Positions 62,801 through 64,000 of a stretch of 64,000 bases of DNA are shown in pieces (position 1 is the stretch's first letter; every line of letters starts with the position of its first letter). Source of the DNA: Hydrolagus affinis (taxonomy: Eukaryota); contig JAAILG010000001.1 in the NCBI GenBank assembly GCA_012026655.1, positions 1 to 64,000 of the forward strand, given 5' to 3'. Position numbers and translations under genes: made by a program. The notes under the pieces are model-generated. The model searched no databases, had not been told where the DNA came from, and was given only the letters and a program-made list of their open reading frames with translations.

Positions 62801-64000
62801 ATATTCTTGTAAAAGTACCAATCAAATGCTGAGTAAATGTACTGAATCTCTTACAGATAAAACACACCTTTGATAAAGAGATGCAACCTCACCATACCAT
62901 GGTGTTGTTCAGGTATGTGCTCAGAAGGTGTACACAGGGAAAGATCTGTTGATGCAGGGGATAGGATCAGGATATTGAAAATCAATGTGGTGAGGATGTT
63001 AATTTCCGAAGAGCTTATTTAATATCATGTGTTTTCTCTGATTGCTGACCAGGTTTATCCAGAGTATAATTGAGCCATTCAGTCCAGGTTTGAGGCTGAT
63101 CTGTATTGAGATAGACAATTTCATGTACAGCAGGCATAGCAGCGCTAACACTATGTTGGGTAAGGGAGGAGGAAAATCGGTCAGGGTCTCCGGGCTGGGA
63201 TGGAACATATTGAGGATTAAATTCAGATTGTGATGTTCTCCATGTTTGAATACGGTGAAGACGATGAGTGCATTTGGAACCATAGCCCTAGTGAAAAAGA
63301 AATAAAATCTAAACAACAGAAAACAGAATTACATTTGTATAGCACCATTCAGCACTGGGAGAAGCCTTCAGGAGAGGGCAAGAAGGGGGAAATTTACCAA
63401 ATATGATTAGCAAAAGGGGGATTTTACTTTTAACAAGAATGGTGTCTCATTTTGATTGGTGAGGAAGAGTAAATACATAACTGTGGGGAACATGTGTGTG
63501 TGTAAAAAAAAAAGAAACCCTGACTATTATTTGTTTTAAACTTTCGCTTGTATGTAGATTATTTTTAATATTTCAAAATGTTGACGGGAGTATTTCTTGC
63601 CATTTTGTCACTTGACCTCTGATATTGATGCTACCTGACAGGTTTATAGGTCGCCAGGGTGTTGTAAATAAAGCTATCCTACCTAACCTTCAATATATAA
63701 AGAAATATGCATGCAAATATACAAGCTGCCGGAAGCATCACCGAATAATACCAGTTGACCACTTAACACCAACAACATGTCACTGGATACTAAAGTTAAA
63801 TGCATGAATTTGTCAAGATGAAAAATAAACGAACATTATGAATGTACTTTTTTTAAGGCTGATTTACAGTATCTGCACATTTGGTATGAATTACTGCTGG
63901 AATGCTGTAATTCAGCTAATGAGATTAAAGCCAAAGTTTTTTTTTATAAATTTAAAGTGCACAGAACAATTCATCAAGAACACTGCCAATAATCTGATGC

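Noticed and set aside
62880-63260. ORFs on both strands near the window end
   Set aside because: Look like a heavily decayed minus-strand L2-type RT fragment; too degraded to call.

Overview
AT-rich vertebrate genomic DNA. The repeat set (tRNA-derived SINEs with L2-type tails, L2, CR1, RTE, hAT, Harbinger) suggests a cartilaginous fish, possibly a chimaera; this is inference. The first 22.6 kb hold a complete + strand MKI67 (Ki-67) orthologue. It has a two-module cell-cycle promoter (CCAAT/E2F/CHR/MYB) and 15 coding exons from ATG 3938 to TAG 22013, about 2,880 aa, with every intron phase consistent apart from the 100-N gap in one exon. The protein has the FHA domain, the PP1-docking RVSF motif, the conserved SWAxVVK domain and a few short Ki-67 motifs. 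Unusual parts are a 36-nt/12-aa SPGRKSL tandem array, a GRFSVS (RFxV) motif, and a 4-kb exon with an internal duplication, an AT-hook-like RGRP and a second RVxW motif. The remaining ~41 kb contain no recognisable protein gene, only TE remnants (including a young hAT MITE carrying promoter-like motifs) and enhancer-like sequence. I see no evidence for a wholly new multi-gene system; the best leads are Ki-67 architecture, splicing and the MITE.
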